Assembly (NCBI GenBank): GCA_963693365.1
Contig: CAVNZM010000012.1
Coordinates: forward strand, 496,001 to 560,000
Direction of reading: 5' to 3'
DNA: 64,000 nucleotides
DNA from: Amoebidium appalachense
Taxonomy: Eukaryota; Protista; Ichthyosporea
Shown: piece by piece, positions 60,325 to 64,000 of the stretch
How positions within the stretch are numbered: position 1 is the stretch's first letter
Layout of the letters: every line of letters starts with the position of its first letter
Position numbers and translations under genes: made by a program
Notes under the pieces: generated by a model
What the model saw: the letters and a program-made list of their open reading frames with translations, nothing else
Told to the model about the DNA's origin: nothing
Database searches by the model: none

Positions 60325-61358
60325 GCTCACGCCCGCTGTGGGTGTGTGTGCCGTTGGGGTACAATTGTGTGTTGTTAGCGTGACTAGGACCTGGTGTGTT
60401 TGTGGCACTGGGTGTTGGGGCCGGCAGGTATGTGTTCGAGTTGTCACGGTGGTGTACATGTGGTGCAATGCATGGTTGTCGTTACTTGAACAATACTGCT
60501 ACGTGCACCTATATTGTGTGTGTCTGACACTCAGATCTAGACGTCTGTATGTTCACTAGTGGTGTATTGTGTGCCAGCGAGCTTTGTGTGTACAGTCGGC
60601 GGGCACGTGTGCCTGTGACACTATTTTAGGATGTGTTTGAGTGTGTGTCCCCACGAATCTGGCTATCTGGTCACTGTGCATGGGAGTGCCGGATGTACAT
60701 GTGACACTTGCGTCTGTATTTGAGCATGAGTAGATCCACTGGATTCAATGCGAGTGCAGGCGTGCACAGTGTATGACGTGTGTGTTTCCCTGGCAGGTGC
60801 GTGTGAATTCGAAAGACAGATGTGTGTGTGTGTGTGTATGTGTTTGTGTGTTTTGATGTGCACTGTAGATGCAGATGTGCGGTTTAGTGTGCTTCAGACA
60901 CATCCGATGATATTGTGCACCACACCATCAGCCAGTCACAACCAACGTCTCCATATATGGTTATTAATGTCTGTCTGCTATTCGATGGGAACCCGCCCAC
61001 CTGTCCCCATAGGTTGGACCCATAGCATCAGGCACAGCGGTGGGACCAGCCCACCACACACTTCATGTTTTTACATTTTTAATAGTACTCTCATTTTGAA
61101 GTAAAAGTGACTGCCTGTTACGGTAATGCATATTTTGTTGTTTAGTGACTGAAGGAATGCATGTGCTCCATTCTACGATATTCTATGGTGATGCCATGTC
61201 TGGTTGTAGCCCGGTCCAGATCGCCTGGTGCCGTCTCAAACCAGTGTCCACTGCTATGTTGGCATGTGCCTACTGGTCTCTGCGCTCGAGTGCTGTGGGT
61301 GCACAAAGGGTCAATCACCAAAATCTCCATCGGAAGAAAATCGATCGCGGTTAGGACA

Positions 61359-61447
61359 ATGAACGCGATCGAAAAATGAGAAAACCTTAAGTTTTGCTCT
61401 AGATGAACACGATCGAAAAATGTGAAAAAAATAAGTTTTGCTCTAGA
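61359..61447. repeat. Two ~45-bp imperfect tandem repeats (possible transposon subterminal repeats)
   Basis: ATGAAC(G/A)CGATCGAAAAATG...TAAGTTTTGCTCTAG twice. Confidence 0.55.
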
Positions 61448-61710
61448 GGACGTGTTTTGACGTCTTCCGGCCCAGGGACATAGCTATGTACCTGGTCCCC
61501 GCCCATCATCATGGTATCTAGAAAGCACAAGAAAAACGACACTTGAAATACTACCAGCCCAGAGCCGGCCCGTTCTGAAGGGGACCGCCGCATACGGAGA
61601 GAGGGAGGGAGGAAGGAGGGAGGAGAAGGGAGGGAGGGGGTATTGGCACTTCGGTACATGGCACACTGTACACAATCACAGTGGGTAGTGTTACGCAGAT
61701 ATGAAAAAAA

Positions 61711-61806
<96 letters not shown>

Positions 61807-62140
61807 CATAAACCGGAAATAGAGTAAATCAAATAAGAATAAGTCACGGTACGATATAGACATTAAGGGAGACTAAAAAGTGGGCTGAGCAAACTGAACA
61901 CAGAATGTATGAAGAATGGAGCAATCAACGGAACACAACAGAAAAACCTAGAAGCAACTCATGGCCCTGTGGTTGCATCTGTATGTGTGTTGGGTCGTGT
62001 ATGCATGAGTTGGCTCTCTCTCTCTCTCTGTACCCCTCCTCCCAATCTCTCCCTCCTCCTCCCCCGTTCCCCTCCCCTATACAGCGAGACGTGTGTGTGT
62101 ATGTGTGCGTGTGTGTGTGTGTGTGTGTGCCGCCCTCGTG

Positions 62141-62206
<66 letters not shown>

Positions 62207-62964
62207 CGCGCGCACATGTGTGCGTACGTGTATGCATGTGTGTGTGTTCATGTGTGTGTGTGCATGCATGTATATTGTTTTGGTTGTTTAGCCTGAGGGC
62301 TAAACTATGATGCCGCGCTGTGTGCGCGTTTCAAGCGTGGGAGGTCTCTCGGTATTGTGTTGCGCCATTGATTACACAGCACTAAGAAACACGAAACCTT
62401 GCACACACTGCACACCATCAACCATACTGCCCCAGAACATCCGGTGTGTGCGTGTGCGTGCGAGTGTGCGCACGCGCGTGTGTGTGCATTTAGGGGGGGG
62501 GGGGGGGGGGATGTATGCGTTAGAGGGTTGGAAATATGGGGGGGGGGGGGGGGGGGGTCAAGCTGTGCAGTGCGACACACATGTATACATGAGAGACCAT
62601 AAAAAAAAATATATAAAAAAAAAAAAAGGAAGAAGAAAAAATATGCACATGCAAAAAGTCCGTGAGGGCAGAAGGAAAGTACACAGTCACACCCAACGTC
62701 TCAGGGGTGGTAACCTGATTCCAGAAACAAGGTGGGGGGGGGGGGGGGGGGGGGGGGAGTAGGCTGGTAAGATAGGCATTTACATGTATATTTGTCCGTG
62801 TATGTTTGCACTCTAAAGCCAGCAAGCAAGAGAACAACAACAGGATGGGAGAGGAAGAACGTGTGTGGATCTGGGATGCATAGTTGTATTGTCTGTCTCA
62901 TGTGCGTGTGTGTGTGTGAGTGTGAGTGTGTGTGTGTGAGTGTGTGAGTGTGTGTGAGTGAGTG

Positions 62965-62998
<34 letters not shown>

Positions 62999-63308
62999 GC
63001 TGCGTGTACACTTGCACAGAAAACTATGGCGGAGGGGGAAGAGGAGGCAGGGGACGAAAAAGGTTGGTGCAAGGAGCAAGGTTGAGAAGTGCAAAACGGA
63101 CGGCATGGGTTACACAGGGAGAGTAGCTCTGGAAGTTGGCAAGAAAGGCAAGCAAAAGAGAGAGGGAGAGAGGGCGAAACAGGGTGTGCACGTGCATGGG
63201 AGCGAGGGGCACATGCATACAGCCACAGTGGGGAGTGTATCTGTGTGTGTGTGTGTGTGCAGACACATAGTTGAACGCACACACGTGCACGATGCAGTGG
63301 GCACGTAC

Positions 63309-63403
63309 TGTTGTAGTTGAGAAGCTTCTCGATCAAATCCACGTGGGTCAACAACATGCGCCGACAGCAGTAGCGGTTCAAGTTGAGGGCATCCAGCGCG
63401 TCG
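63309..63403 (-). CDS. RPB10: RNA polymerase I/II/III subunit RPABC5 (RPB10), internal exon; flanking exons not located
   Basis: [31 protein letters not shown] between AG and GT splice sites. Confidence 0.93.
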
Positions 63404-63464
<61 letters not shown>

Positions 63465-63498
63465 GGGGGGAGGGGGGAAGGGGAGGGGTTGGGGAGCG

Positions 63499-63552
63499 TT
63501 AGAATGTATTTATAGAGTACGAAGTACACATTTAAACGGAAAACACGGTGCA
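63499..63552 (-). mobile_element. Short diverged 3' tail of the poly-C retroposon
   Basis: Reverse complement TGCACCGTGTTTTCC..GTGTACTTCGTAC..CATTCTAA between C-rich tracts. Confidence 0.5.
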
Positions 63553-64000
63553 GAGAGGGGGGGAGGGAGGGAAAAGAGAGGGGGGGGGGGGGGGAGAGGA
63601 GGAGAGGAGGGCACGTGTTATAAGGCAAGAAAGGGGAACATGGCTGGAAAGGAATGAAGGGGAAAAGGTTAGTGTGTGCCTGAGATTCTGATAAGTGTGT
63701 TTGTGTGTGGAGGGGGGGAGGGGGGGAGGGGGGAGGGAAGGGGCAGCGGGGGACGGTTGCGCAAGTACACGTGCACAAGAATGTGCACATACAAGTGTGT
63801 GTGTATGTCGATGAAATTTTATTCGAACCATTCGCAGTGTTTTCACGTGTGCAGACTTTTTAGCACAGCCGTGGGCGTGCACTTTTCCAAACCAGCAGAA
63901 CATCAATAGCTTACGTTAAGAGCCAAGAAGCTGTGGATTTAAAACACAACACTTGCATACCCTGGCAAACTGCAAGTGTAATCTTATTTATCGAGACAAC

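Overview
Eukaryotic, intron-rich genomic window. Almost every intron is packed with C/G homopolymers and (CA)n/(GT)n/(CT)n microsatellites, so most ORF-track entries are artefacts. Gene content suggests a unicellular holozoan, ichthyosporean-like (inference). Seven genes can be assembled by eye: the 3' part of a PARP4/vault-PARP-like gene (+, to 19053); a tyrosine-motif (YxN) scaffold protein (+, 25393-31480); PDRG1 (-, 32864-36142) head-to-head with a Nup58-like FG nucleoporin (+, from 36541); a CRAL-TRIO/Sec14 protein (+, 50866-53973); an intronless WT1/EGR/KLF-like C2H2 factor carrying an eh1 motif (+, 56825-57580); and one RPB10 exon (-). A non-autonomous hAT element and a MITE-like element are also present. 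The most unusual feature is a family of about 11 dispersed non-coding elements in at least 3 subfamilies. They have variable 5' truncation and a fixed 3' end (CATTC[A/T]AA) that almost always abuts a poly-C tract. They also share a ~165-nt core whose helices and pseudoknot are supported by compensatory changes between subfamilies. This is a candidate poly-C-targeting structured-RNA retroposon and possibly a new ribozyme. All homology calls are from recalled sequences, not from searches.
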